This document shows, piece after piece, positions 13,301 through 26,500 of a DNA stretch of 64,000 nt; position 1 is the first letter of the stretch; each line of letters begins with the position of its first letter. The notes under the pieces are model-generated. The model made no database searches and was not told where the DNA came from. It saw only the letters and a list, made by a program, of their open reading frames with translations. Position numbers and translations under genes: made by a program. The stretch spans positions 47,926,001 through 47,990,000 of the forward strand of contig OZ296651.1 of the NCBI GenBank assembly GCA_965655095.1, given 5' to 3'. Origin of the DNA: Haplodiscus bocki. Lineage: Eukaryota.

Positions 13301-14879
13301 CTTAAGTCAAACTAAAACATTTTGTACACTTTTCCCTATAAATTTTGTTGAAATCATTTTCAACGAATGTGTTCCTCTTCAACAGTTTTTGCTTCGATTA
13401 AATTGAAAATAAACACAAATGGTTACCATGTTTTAATTACTTTGTATTCTTTAGTGGAAAAGATGTATGGGTTTTTAGTTCTTGTGCATTTCCTTCGAAG
13501 ATCTTACACTGAAAGGATTATTTCGGAGCCGCTGTTGGATTGCTACCCCTTACGATGAGAGTTTGATGGTTTACGGTTAGTACTTGTGTTCTTATTTTAA
13601 TTTTTACAAGTGGGACAGAAAGTATTTTTTGTGGGAGTTTCACATTTAGGTCTTTTGTTGATATGCTTTCTTGTTTTGCACTATGTTTTTCTACATCTCC
13701 TGCACTTGCTTGACAAATGTCTTAACTTGTTTTCTGCTTGTTAACACAAAATTCGGATCTGGCATGATCAACAAGATTGGCAGATTGGCAAGGTCGTGTA
13801 CGGATTAACAAATTCCGGATTTTATTTTTTTTGACCACAGTAATTAAAGGCCTCTTTGATTTTTGCGTCTCTCATTTTTTCTCCTCTTATGGTTTTATTG
13901 GACACATCACACATGTACATGTCTGTCGTTGGGGACCACTCAATCATTTGTCATTTAAAACTATTCGAAACATAGTTTTTTCATAACGTAGCTAACTGTA
14001 AATTTGATTTTTTGTGTCTATATTAGGCAGCTTTTTTAAAAAAAATTTTGCATCTATCACGAAAATTCGGTTTCAATTTGGCTTCGAGCAATCTGCAAAA
14101 ATCTCCAACATAACTTCTCACTGTCGCCGTTAATTACTACAGAACAAAATTTCCAAAAACTTTTGAAAAAATTTCACTATCGTGAAAGAAGGCAAAATTA
14201 AAAAAAGAGCTGAATGCATGACTTTGCGAGAGTGAGTGAATTTTTATGTATGAATTGTCAAAAATGAAAACATCAAAAAAACACATGAAAGCTAATTGTG
14301 ATATTAAAATCACGTTTAGTTTTATGGCTCAAGAATAACATATAACAGTTTCAAGTATACTTTACAATTTGTGCATTGCAGTTTGTCTTACATGTAAATT
14401 TGTTAATCACTTTTCTTTCAGTTCTTTACCCTAGATTCTCAAAATGTTAAGTGTTTCTTTTCCCGTCAACTTTGGTGAAAAGAAGCAGAGATCTGTGATG
14501 ATCTTTAATCGTTTGTTTGTTACTAGTCAATTGCATTTTTTTGGTATTTTGACTGGTTAATGGCACCTAAAAGGTGTAGTCAATTTAACCCCCACTCAAT
14601 AGCAGACAGTAATGGTGCACTAGCTCAAGATCTCTGGCGCATCCCATCGGGAGGGGTAAAGATGGTATACCGATGAACCTGGACAAAAACCTTTTGTTTT
14701 GGTTCTTCATCAGGAATGTTGAACAGAAATGGCCAGTGAAGTTTTCAAAAAAAGTTGTGAGCGAGACGAATGTAGTTGGGCGAACGGTATATACACGCAG
14801 ATTTGAGTGTAGTGGAAAAAAAGCGTAAATCACGCTCCTTTTTTCTGAGCCGCGTCCATTGATGAAACATGTTTCCCGC

Positions 14880-15079
14880 CCCATCACCTTGGAACATTGT
14901 GAAAAAGCAAAACACACTCATAAGAATTCCTACCTACACTTTTTGTTCTTACATTTGTTGATATTTATGAGATCTATAGAAAAATATTTTAATAATTTGG
15001 GAAATTTTCATATATTGGAAAGTATTTGCAATTTTTTTTGAGTTTGTTATGGTTTTTCACAATGCTCAAAGGTGATGGG
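14880..15079. mobile_element. ~200-bp MITE-like element with 29-bp imperfect terminal inverted repeats
   Basis: 14880-14908 CCCATCACCTTGGAACATTGTGAAAAAGC matches the reverse complement of 15051-15079 (CCCATCACCTTTGAGCATTGTGAAAAACC) at 26/29 positions. AT-rich interior; no clear TSD. Confidence 0.65.
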
Positions 15080-15599
15080 TATAGCAATACCGAAAATTAG
15101 GGGACCACGTTCCGGTAAAATGAGCTTGAAATGTTTTCGAAAAACGGATACTACTTGAGAAGTTCAATTTTTCTCCAACAAGGTGACTGGAAATGTTGCC
15201 TTAAGAAACATTGCAGATTGTTTTTCCGGTTTGGGATCCTGACGGAAAACTTTTTCGAATTAGGGTCCACTGATACCTCATAGTACCACTCAGGAAAAAG
15301 CGTATGCAGTCCCCAAACGAAATCATTGGAGATTCAATCATTTTTCACTTTAAAGTTGGCATATATCAGGCATCTAGCTGTGAAGGAACACATTCTTGTC
15401 GCCATCCCAAAGCTTGCATTCCTAGACATTTCTCTACTATGGCTTCAAATCACTTGTTTTGGCAGCATTTTGTATCACAAGCTCTCTTGTTCCACGCAAA
15501 TTTTGTCAAATGAGATGGATGAGAACTTTTGGTAAATACTTCTCCCAGAGTATCAACTTTGTGACTGATGTGCAAGATCAAGATAAATATAGTTCTGCA

Positions 15600-17311
15600 A
15601 TCGATATGGGCCTCTAGGGCTCTAATGAATTGTACCTAGAATCCAGGAACAAAATTTTTCCTTTCTCAACGAAAACCTTCCTTGAAACCCCCTTGAATGA
15701 CCACCATGCTATCCGAAGTAATTGAACCCCTTCCACGAACTTCCACGAACAGCAAACTCGTACCGGTTCACCAATTGCTCCGTACTTTTTCGTCAAAATT
15801 TTATCTGTTGAGGATGAAAACCTAATCTCAATTTCAACTCCAGACAAGCTCAGAGAGGATTCTATCTTGTCTTTCTGGCACAGACCCACATTCATTGAAA
15901 TGACGGCTCGTCTTCCCTATGGATGTCAAACTTGAAAAATTTGGGTTTTGCCACAATTGATGGTATTGTATACCAGGAATATGTCATCAATCACGTACCA
16001 ATGTTGAAGCGACTGTTGTTATGGTGCTACATGAGCCGCTTCACTGGCATATTCCTGTCAGTACTGGTACCTGACTCAGTCTAAATCGGCAAGCTTCTTA
16101 GTTTCCATCAAAAAACAAATCTGTATGTCCAGTAATTCCACAATTCGTAGGATAACAGTCGGCAAAGGGCGGTTCAAGCGTTAAAGCCAAATTATCCTCC
16201 TGCACCTGGTCGAGTGCAGCACTCATGGGTTTCAATGGCGTATTGAAAATGCGAGGTTGCCTTCGATCCTTATTGTACTGTCCGAATTGAAAGCAATTTA
16301 AGCAATTCACTTGTGCCATTTTGGGAAGCAACGGGCTGGTTCTTCTGCCGCATTTTTTGTGGCCATGCTTGTACTCAACGGTAGAAGCAGTGTTGCTGCA
16401 AATGCAAATGTTCAAAAATATCACTTTCGGTATCACTTTTGTTTGATGACGTCCTCTAATCCGGAATATTTTCTCCGGAAAATAACTGAACTCTTCCACA
16501 GTGCGACAATTCGAAGAACTTCTCTTTTGAGCACCTGGTACCCAGATTTTGTTGCACGTCCTAATTTTTGACCTGAAATAAAAACATTTGCACGATCTCA
16601 TATCCTCGAACTTCTAAGTTAACTTGGTTTCTTCTCACATTTGATAAAGGTTTTGTCATTTGAGCTCAGCTGGATCTTTCGAGAAGCGTTTCCATTACCA
16701 AAATAATGTTTTTTCTCATGAAGTCTAGGTTCAAATTCCGAATTGTTTAGTAAATATTCTATTGCTTCACCATTCAAACGTTTGATCACCAATCAAAACT
16801 TCTGTGGACCTTGCGGCGAAGACTTTGAGGCGTTGACGACACAATACCTACTACAAATCTTTCCTTCGAATCTGCTCTTTGGGGTCTTTTGAAAACGTTG
16901 TGTTTCACTTTCGTGTCGTTTTTCGTACCAATGGGTGTAGTTTGCAGGTGAATTTTTGAGACTTTTATTTATCATCATTTTGATTGAGTCTTTACCAGCC
17001 ACAGTGACTCTCGTTGTACTTTCTATGACATCCTTAGAAACCCAAGAGTAGCCTGGAAATTGATGGGTAAGAGCCTCAAACCAATTCTTTTCACTCGAAG
17101 CCTTTTGTCATTCCTCATTTTCCTATATTTTTACATCAGTTTTCCCATATCATAATTGATATAGACATTTTTTTCTAATTTTTATAAATTTCATCAAAAA
17201 TAAAGAGGAGGTTCAGGAAGTGAACAAAAATATCGCGGTTTTCTTTCGGAAAGTAATTTCAGGGAAAAGAATATGAGGTGGGTACCACTGGATTGCGGTT
17301 GCTACGCACCA
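15600..17311 (-). pseudogene. Probable LTR-retrotransposon gag(-protease) remnant
   Basis: Degenerate zinc knuckle CLNCFQFGQYNKDR in ORF 16098-16601, with co-oriented broken ORFs (16793-17002, 15614-15895). Possible PBS-like TGGTGCGT on the minus strand at 17304-17311. No RT or LTR pair was recognised. Confidence 0.35.
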
Positions 17312-17659
17312 GAATTAAGACTACTGGTCAGGAAAAACGTGGGCACAAGGCCAGTGAAAAGTTCACCATCTATGTCCACCTAAGAATATCATCACGTGAA
17401 ATATCGAAGATCGATTTCCACTCAAAATCATATTCGAAAACGTTTTCTTGATTCTCCTTGATTTCATTTTGATATTGTCCTATTGTGCCATTCAATCAAT
17501 GTGTGGTCAATTTTGGGCAAGAAAAACTCTTTTACCAATGTTAGCCACCCAATGTCATCCATAATTGAATATCGTTTTGTCTCCACATATAATAAAAAAT
17601 TTCATCTTTTTTAACACGTTGAAATAATTATTGATACACTTTTAGAAGACAAAAATTCT

Positions 17660-19160
17660 GAAACTGCCAAGAAAAAAATGCTAAAAGTAAAACTGTCGTC
17701 AAACATATTGACAACACTTGGAGAATAGATTTTTTAAGCAGGATTGATAAAAAGTTAGAAAGAGAGAGGAAATACTCATGTTTTACAGGTGATTGATAAG
17801 TTCGGCATTTTTGACAGGAAAATACATCTAAAAATTATAACCAACCCATTTTTTTCAAATAAAAAAAGAAATCGACTCATACACCAAACTTAGTTGAAAC
17901 AGATGATCAATTACAATTCATGATTCAAATTTCTACAAAGTCCCCAAACAGCCTGATATCAAGAGGTTCAATTTACATACCTCCAATAAGGGAAATCATT
18001 CATGAAGGTATTAACAGAAGATTCCTCATTTTTCATGAAGAACCATTCTTTGAAACAATGAAGTGCAGTTTTCGGACTGGAGAACATCCATTGTTATCTG
18101 AAAAGATTAACATCACAATCCACCACTCTGTAAAATCAACACCAATCAAGGCACCTCTAATACTTGAAGAAATGGAAGTTTACATAACCATCGAATACAA
18201 ACGTAAAAATTTCATATCGAGAATCATAAGAAGAAGAATGATGTTTTCCGTTTCTGTGATAAATGAAAAATGTATAATAGAGAACAAACTGAAATACTGC
18301 AAGTATAACTAACCAACACAAGAAAATCAATTCAAAAAAAATTTCAATTCAAAATTTATTAGGAGGACATTTACTTCATAGAGAAAGTAGCGGTTATGCA
18401 AGTTTTTAAAATTAAAGGAAAGTATAACAAAAAAAGAAAACATTCCACACAGCGAACTTAATAACGAACGTATTGAATGCGAAGATCATTCCAATATCAA
18501 TAGCAGAACACTCAGAGGAGATCAATAACTTTGTTTTCGTGGAGATTTTTTGAAAAAAAGTTAAGCGAAGAAATACATGAATGTAAACTATCTCATCATG
18601 TTGAGAGAAAGCTTTTGAAAAAAAATATCAGCAAAATTTTTCAAGAAACTTCCAAGGTCTTTTGAATTGGTTGTTGAAGTTTTCAAGTGAAAATTTAAAC
18701 TGAGCGTCTTTTGTCTACAAGAAAATTTATGAAAACTGACGAAAAACATTGTAATGTGAAATGAATGGATTGAAATTGTCCTGATTGATTTATTGACATC
18801 GTACGATCTTTTTAAATGTGATAATGAAGACAGACACTTTAGTATTTATCTGAAAGTTAAGGATATTAATCAAAAACTAATCGTTAAAGAAGGGGAGAAT
18901 TATATTCCAAAAAATGTTATCCCCCATTAAGAATAATTTAACCGACGGCCGCATTTTCAGATATTAACAACCACAACACAATCCTAATCACCCCTCAACC
19001 CCCCTCATTTTTGACTAAATTTATAAAACATTTTCCCTAACTATCCCTATAAGATACAAGAGACAGATGATACAGTTTCTATTTAAAGTTTAGGAAATCT
19101 GCCTGGAAGATATAACGAAAGAATACTAAAGTCGACAAATAGAAACGAAAATGTAATTAA
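17660..19160 (+). pseudogene. Polinton-type retroviral-like (rve) integrase remnant, interrupted
   Basis: KTVVKHIDNTWRIDFLSRID (~17690-17750), VLQVIDKFGIF (~17780-17810), PNLVETDD (~17885-17908) and C-terminal YKIQETDDTVS..LGNLPGRYNERILKST (~19045-19140). The intervening sequence is unrelated or decayed. Confidence 0.55.
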
Positions 19161-20024
19161 AATAGTTTAGATTAGGTAAAAATATACTAAAGTAATAGGT
19201 TTTAATAAAAATTGTTTTGTTTGTGAAAAAAAACGGAAGAATATGTTTCTATAAGCAATCAAATTAAAAAAATACAAACTGGACACAGGTACAAAACAAA
19301 AAAAATAAAGATTTGCAAGTGTATTCTCCAGAAAAGAAAAGTGTTGCATGTCATCTTGTTAAAAAACTTAAGTTAAAAATGATGTTTGCGATTTTTACAC
19401 TAAAGAAAAATATTAGAATAAACAATAAATATAACTTGCGTATTATTATTAAAAACAAGAAAACGACTAATTACAATTCTTGCTTTCATTTTTATAAATT
19501 GTGTAATAGAGAATTAGACGAAGTACACGAAGCTATACAGACACTTAATACAAAATTCATATGAACTTTTTCGTGGTAGGTTAATGAAAAGGCAATTAAA
19601 AGCTTGACTTTCAAAACTGTTTTCTAAACTATAGATGCATTTAAGGAGAAGATATGTTATGATGTTTGTGACAAAGTTGTAAGACAAATGATGATTCGGA
19701 TAAAGACTAAAACACACTATATTAAAGGCACTGAAAAAATCAGAAAAAGGAACACTTTTGTAAAGTTTGTCAGGACTATGTGAAGAGTGAAAATCAAATT
19801 CATCATAATGATTCTTGAGAACGAAAGCAGGAATTAATTAAGAAAAATATTGTGATTCCTAGATCATAATTAAAGACGTTGGTGAAGCCACCATTCGCAA
19901 CGCGAACGTGAAAATTTTTTTGTCCCATTTGAAATAGTTTCACAAAGAACAAAAATCCATTTCTTGAATCCAAACAAGAACTTTAATTTAGGGTAGAAGA
20001 TAATTAAAAAGGAGATATTGAAGG

Positions 20025-20135
20025 AGTAAGTATAATTGGATTATATTTGGAAGTAATTTGGATTATAATTATAAGTAAATTATAGATTATAAGTAAATTT
20101 GGATTATAATTGGAAGTATAATTGAAGTATAAAAA
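20025..20135. repeat. Low-complexity AT-rich degenerate minisatellite
   Basis: Repeated TAATTGGATTATA / TAAGTAAAT / GAAGTATA units. Confidence 0.6.
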
Positions 20136-20835
20136 TTCAATAGGCTTTTCCTTAGTTACAAAGATGGCCTCATTCCAACAGGGAACATCTCCCTCGGAAG
20201 TCAAACGTTTTCAAACCGAATGCGAATGTCTTGGAAATGAAGCAGGAGGAAATTTGGTTTCCGGGAAAACTTTGAAGAAATTCATCCGAAATTAATTGGT
20301 CTCAGACTCTATGAAGCTGATTGTGAAATCGAAGAGGCAAAATTGGAAAATTCACTTTGTAACAACTGTAAGGAGGTCCTAAAAAACAAGAACACCTCGG
20401 ATGCCGAAACTTTTTTCATAAACCTGACATAGGTGTAAAAGGAAAACCTTTTATTTGTATAAATTATACTTTATGTGTAATTAGAAATTTTTAAATATAA
20501 ACTCTGGACTTTCGTTTATATTTAAAAAAATGTTTATATATAAAAATGGAAACTTCCGAAAAACTGTTTTTTGATTTCCGGAAATTGATTTTCTGATTTC
20601 AATTTATATGTTACCAATAAAAGCACAGACACACATTGACCAACAGGAGAACATTTTTTTAAATGGAGAGAGTGGAAAACTGCTTTAAAAAATTGTTTGA
20701 AAACTTTATTGAATTCTGAAAAACCTATTTTTTTAAACATTTAAGGAAACTACAACAGTTTAAAAAACCAAGGAAAATTTAAAAAAAATTACTAACATTA
20801 CTTTATGAAAAGAAGTGGAGTTCTTGTAGACTTGG

Positions 20836-21860
20836 TGGTCAGGGATGTAACCTTCTTAGAATCCGAGGCCGGGTAGGGTCCCGCTGCCGAGGTTAAAAAA
20901 TAATCGATAAATTTTCATCATACCGCATGGTAGGTCTGGGAAGCCGATCTCGGGTCCTACCCGATAGAATTTATTCATATTTTGCATGCGGTGCTCAAAT
21001 GGCGAGGTGAGAAAGGGGAGGAGGGAAAAAACTTTTTCCATTCACAACGTGATGAGTTATGACGGAATGATCGTGTTTTTTGCCCCGATTTTGAATTCTC
21101 ATCGCTCTAGTTCCACATCTACCCGATACAATTGGCCCAAATTTTGTGTGTGAGGCACAAATGATTTGAACAATTTGCATGCCAAAAATTTTTGGCCCAG
21201 CCGTTTTCGTTCGGGAGATAGGCGCTGATGAATTTTCGGATTTTTGCAAAAAATGCGTCATTCCGTCATTTTTGATCGCCAAAACCAACTTTTTCTCGTA
21301 TGCTAGCCTCCGCTAAGGATGCCAAAACTGAACCGGCAATTGATTTTGGTTGGCCAAAATTTTTCGGTCAAAATGCCGAAAAAAAATGACGGAAATGACG
21401 GGAAAAAAATGACGGAAATGACGGATTTTTTTTTCAAAAAAAAATTATTTTTCGCGAAATTTTCATTTTTGCACGAAAAATGCGCCTGACAGTGTTGCAC
21501 AGCCTTTAGACAAGTGGTTGTTGACTTTTTGATTGTTTTTCACTTCAGATGAGGCAATCATTTTTTTGAAGCACAAGTTTTGAAGACATGCAATGCCTCA
21601 CAAATATTGAAAATTCCCGTTGTTCTGGAGATCAGCTCCGCGCCGATCTCCAGAACAAAGGGTTCAAAGAGCAAAAAGAAAAGCACTGGAGTGCTCTAAT
21701 TCCTTTTTTCGAAGAAATGAGACAGCAGACTGCCATCAATACCAAGACAATTAACATCAATTTTCTTTGATCACAATTGCCAAAAAGGAAGTACAGTATT
21801 CTTCCCAAGATACTTACATATTATCCTCCTCTCGCAGTTGTTACCCTTTCCTCCACTGGG
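20836..21860 (+). mobile_element. Non-autonomous Helitron-like unit A1 (1,025 bp)
   Basis: Begins TGGTCAGGGATGTAACC and ends CCTTTCCTCCACTGGG. The first ~700-750 bp are homologous to the left ends of B1 and B2. Near-identical to A2 and A3. Confidence 0.85.
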
Positions 21861-23516
21861 TGGTCAGGGATGTAACCTTCTTAGAATCCGAGGCCGGGTA
21901 GGGTCCCGCTGCCGAGGTTAAAAAATAATCGATAAATTTTCATCATACCGCATGGTAGGTCTGGGAAGCCGATCTCGGGTCCTACCCGATAGAATTTATT
22001 CATATTTTGCATGCGGTCCTCAATTGGCGAGGTCAGAAAGGGGAGGAGGGAAAAAACTTTTTCCATTCACAACGTGATGAGTTATGACGGAATGATCGTG
22101 TTTTTTGCCTGAAAATTGAATTGTCATCGGTCTAGTTCCACATCTACCCGATACAATTGGCCCAAATTTTGTGTGTGAGGCACAAATGATCTCAACAATA
22201 TGCATGCCACAAATTTTTGACCCAGTTCTTTTCGCTCACGAGATAGGCGCCGACAAAATTTCGGGTTTTTGCAAAAAATGCGTCATTCCGTCATTTTTGA
22301 TCGCCAAAAACAAATATTTCTCGTGCGCTAGCCTTCGCGAAGGGAGCCAAAACTGAACCGGCAATTGACTTTGATTCGCCAAGAATTTTCGGCCAAAATG
22401 CCGAAAAAAAATGACGGATATGACGGGAAGAAAATGACGGAAATGACGGATTTTTTTTCAAAAAAAATTTTTTTTTCGGAAATGTTCTTTTTTGCGCGTA
22501 GAATGCGCCTAAAAATGTTACACAGTCTCTAGACCAGTGATTATTGACAGTTTGACCGTAGTATACCTCGTATGAGATGTTTTTTTGGGAAACACCTTTT
22601 TGAACTGGTTAGGCGTTACTGATGTAACCTACCATTTTTTCATTCATACATTTTTTTCGCATTAAGTACAATGTCATACATATTTTAAATCTTGGATCAG
22701 AGCTCTCTGTTGGTTGTAGAATGTAAAAGGTGCTTCCAATACGTGTCATGCCTTTTGAAAATAGAAAAAAAAATTGGCAATTTTTTGCATTCAATTTCAA
22801 TTATTTTTGCAAGAAATTTTGAGTTTGTTGTATTATTGTTCTCAGCAAATTAGACGTTCTTTCGTTTTCCCTGTCAAGTTTGTTCGTAGAAACTAGCAGT
22901 GTATGTTTTTTTCAGGGTTGCATTGCATGAGTTGAACTTCTTTTTGGGCAGTGTACGTTGGAGTGTGTTATGTATTTGTTAAACGTTGCAGTGCCTTACG
23001 TATTTGTTAACTGGTTGGACAGTTTATAGTTGGCGTTCAACAAGATCTACTTTGGCAATCGACAAAATTTACATGGGGACTACATTTACGCATGAGGTTG
23101 TTTTGTTTGGTGTCCAACCCCAACACTCCTCAGTCTGTTATGGTTTTGAAACGTTTTTAACTAATCGTTTTTTTTTTCAACTACTCAAAGTCTTGCTGAA
23201 ATCAGCTATGCATGGTAGCTTCGCCATTAAAAGGGAAGTCTAGAATGAAAAGGTTAATAAATTAATTGATGAAGTTCATTTATTTATTTGACTGAATAAT
23301 TTGAATTCAATTGTTCCAATCCGAATGAAAAGTATGTATTTGGGTCAGTTTTCATCTTTACATAGGCTATCCTCTGAGATTTTGAAATTCTTTTCCACAG
23401 ACTGCTTCGGTGTAATGCATCTGGCTTTTCAAAACTTTTCCTCCACTGAATTTTGTAGATGTAGGCTCTGCCACTGAGTGTTTGTACAAAGTCTTGACGA
23501 ATCCCTTTTTCAGAAA

Positions 23517-26500
23517 ATGGTGTACTCAGTTTGTTTCACTTTGTTGATGATTTGCTCTTGCTTATCGACCGTTTTGGGAAAAGATGGACTTCTTCCTGTG
23601 AACAATGTTGGACAAGTCTCCAGCTCAGACGTCACCGTTGGGGAATTTTATGTTTCGGTGTTTCTTCATGATCAGTTGCAGTTCTTGAGGACCGCTAATT
23701 CTGGTGATGTTTCGATGACTCGCCGAATGTTACTTCTGTTTCTCTTGAGGAGTGGTATAGAAACTAACCCTGGTCCGCCGAAAAAAAAGAAATTTTGCAG
23801 AGAGCCCAGGAAGTGCGTAACGTGTGGGCGTTTCTATGGCAGCAAGGACTGCTCTTGTTTCCATTCATGCATTGAAAGAGCCTCAGTTGGTGAAGACTAT
23901 ATTGATCGGTCGCTGTCTTCTGCGCCTTTCAATAACCTGAGTCTTTTCTCGAACGTGCCGAATTCAAAAGCTTTTTCCTGCGCAAACGCTAATTTGACGA
24001 GAATTTGCATTGATTTTGGAATACTGTTTGTGGGGACACCACTGAACACACACTTGTTGAGTGCCATTTCTTTGAACGGTTTGTTTCCATCACAAACTCA
24101 TCCTGTTCCAGGTGACGGTAATTGTTTGTTTTCTGCTTTAGCGGTGTCAATTGGGTCGCAAGCTTGGTATCATTCAAAACTGCGCCAGCGTATTTGTTCG
24201 ACTTTACCCTCGCTAGATATTGCTCCGCATTTTTTGGAAATTTACACAACCATTGATAGAAATGTTGTGGTACAGACAGCTTCAAACGTGAACGAATATT
24301 TGAATCGTTCCGGAATGCGATCAAATGGTGTGTATGGGACTTGTGTAGAGATCTATGGCTTCGCCCAAATTGCGGTGGTTGATGTTTACGTTTACCATTG
24401 CATGACAAAATTGTGGATAGTGTATAGCTATGCCGGAGATCGTGCTACAGTGGACGTTCCATCTGTGTTCCTGGTACATACTCATGCAGGTAATCATTTT
24501 GAAACGGTAGCAGTGTTGTCCGCAGAAATTCCAACTTCACAGCAAATTTTGCCTCATGGTTGCGTCCAGACTTCATTCCCAGATACGGCATCACAATGCA
24601 ATCTGATTTCCGCGTCAATTGATGCGAACACTTGTGCTCCAAAATGTAGTGCGTGTTCTGAATGTGATGTTTTGCCTCATTTGTGCAATGAAGGCCTCAA
24701 ATCAAGCTCTCTTGGATTGGGCGGTATCCACAACGATCGTTTGTTGCCCGGCAACAATTTTTTAAGCGGAGCGAAAATTGATTGTGAAAAAAATCTTTCC
24801 AGTTGTGTTGCATTCAGCCCAGGCGTTGCCTTCAATTCCCTGCCTCAGCAGATCCATTCCACGCAATCCACTTACAATGACACAGCCACAATGATAGACG
24901 AGAAAAATGAGGTCAGTCATCATGCGGATGCCTCGGGTAACTCGTGTGTTTTCACGTCTACTTTTTCAGCCGACAAAGTACAAAGTACAGAAATGTGCAA
25001 AAAATGTTGTCGAATTTCAACTTCTGCTTATCCTTTGGAATGGCAAAGTCTTGAAAAAAAAGCAGTCAAACGAAGAAGATTTGGTTTGCGAACTACTGCT
25101 ACATGTTTGGTCTGCCAAAGCTGTTTCAATTACAATAACGACGGAAATTGTTGGCGGTATGCTTGGCCTTCCGTAATTCATTCGTTACTGAAGGATCTCA
25201 GCATTCGAGATTGTACTATGGAAAAACTTGTTTCTTTTTTACCTCCCGAAATACGTGACAGTTGGGCTATGTGTCAACATTTGCATCCTGCTGTTTCTAT
25301 GGCTGATCGAGCTGTTCTAGTTGATATAACAAAACGGAAGCAAGTTTTTCTGAACAAAGTAAATTCGGGTGTTTTCACTGATTTGGAGGAAGCCTTAGAT
25401 AGTGAATGTTATCCAAATTGTAGATGTCCCTTCGGTTGTTTCACATTTGTTGAAGAAACAGGTCAAATCGCTTTCAACCACCTTGTAAATGGAATTTTGC
25501 CTTCTATCACATCGTTCAACTCTGATTACTTGAACCATTTTCGAGGTGCAAGAGACGATTGGTTGAAACCAATGAAAGTTTTGGATGCGTTTGATGTTTC
25601 CGGCTTTGTCAGTGTTAATGAGACCTATGGTCTTGTTGTAGGAACTTGTGTGAATCATAACAATGGGTCTCAGCTGCAGTATCTTCACCCGCCTGCACAC
25701 CCGTCTTTAGGACGTTTCAGTGTTCCTACCAACGACAGGTTGGCATTTGTTGCTCCAAATTTGCGTATATTGAAGAACGCCAAAGCTAATTACGCTAGTC
25801 ACACTTTCCAGTTGTTGAAAGCTGTTGGTAATTATTCAGGAATTAGCAGCATTCGGTTGAGCTCTAAACGCCGTTGGGATATTACTTCGGATTTGTTGAA
25901 CAAGGCTGAATCCCAATGCAGTTTTTACCGCAGCGATATTCAATATTTTCTGAATAACTTAGTGTCCTCTGGCGAAATAACTGATGAAATCCGACAAGGC
26001 ATTCAAAGTAAACCCAACATTGAACAATCGGCTGCTTGTCTTTCTGCGTCAACAAGCGTGTCAATTCTAGACACTTATCGTTTATTCAGTTCACCTGGAT
26101 TATCTGATGGACAACGCTTGTGCGCAAAATTCAAGTCTGTCACGTTCGCTCAGCCTCCCAATTTTTTTTGGTTCTTCTCCTCCAAAAGTTTTGAGCTCCA
26201 AGACTTACTTTTTGTCGTTGCTGCAAACATTATTTTGTATCTCTCCTCAACTGTGTCGATCTTTATCAGATGCAGCTGCTGTTGATAATGCGATATTTCC
26301 TTTGATGCATCTTTTGGACCCTGTAATTTTCCCAAGGTTGCGTCGCTGCAAAAGAAAAACTGTGGATGCTTCTATGAGTGATGAATTGTCCAAGTTGTTT
26401 ACTAGATTTCCGGAAAGTCCATCTCGTTTCCTCAGTTACGGTGTCTCACAATTTTGTGATGATGTCATCCATGAACACCTAGCAAGCCGTCAAGATATTT

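Larger units (their letters stand above)
1..13950. mobile_element. Decayed Polinton/Maverick (adintovirus-like) element remnant
   Basis: Stop- and frameshift-riddled remnants of pPolB (minus strand), packaging ATPase, minor-capsid-like genes and other Polinton-type small ORFs (e.g. 4635-4960, 5060-5560). Boundaries are approximate; no TIR was identified. Confidence 0.7.

Noticed and set aside
13925-13945. Possible Polinton terminus (AGTGGTCCCC on the minus strand)
   Set aside because: No matching TIR or target-site duplication is visible in the window.
17920-18312. 130-aa ORF as a real gene
   Set aside because: No recognisable motif. It lies within the interrupted integrase remnant, so it cannot be supported.
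21386-21425. CRISPR-like array in the ATGACGG repeats or the junction repeats
   Set aside because: The repeats are 7-11 nt without unique 25-45-nt spacers. No cas genes, and the context is eukaryotic.
20836-21860. Canonical Helitron termini (5'-TC ... GC-rich hairpin-CTRR-3' in an A|T site)
   Set aside because: CTGG and TC occur near the junction but are separated by GTGG. There is no A|T target and no separate subterminal 3' hairpin shared by A, B1 and B2.
20856-22356. Recurrent 61-97-aa ORFs in the left ends (MEKVFSLL..., MVLAIKND...)
   Set aside because: They recur only because the non-coding terminal sequence is repeated. There are no protein motifs and they are not preserved in the C end.
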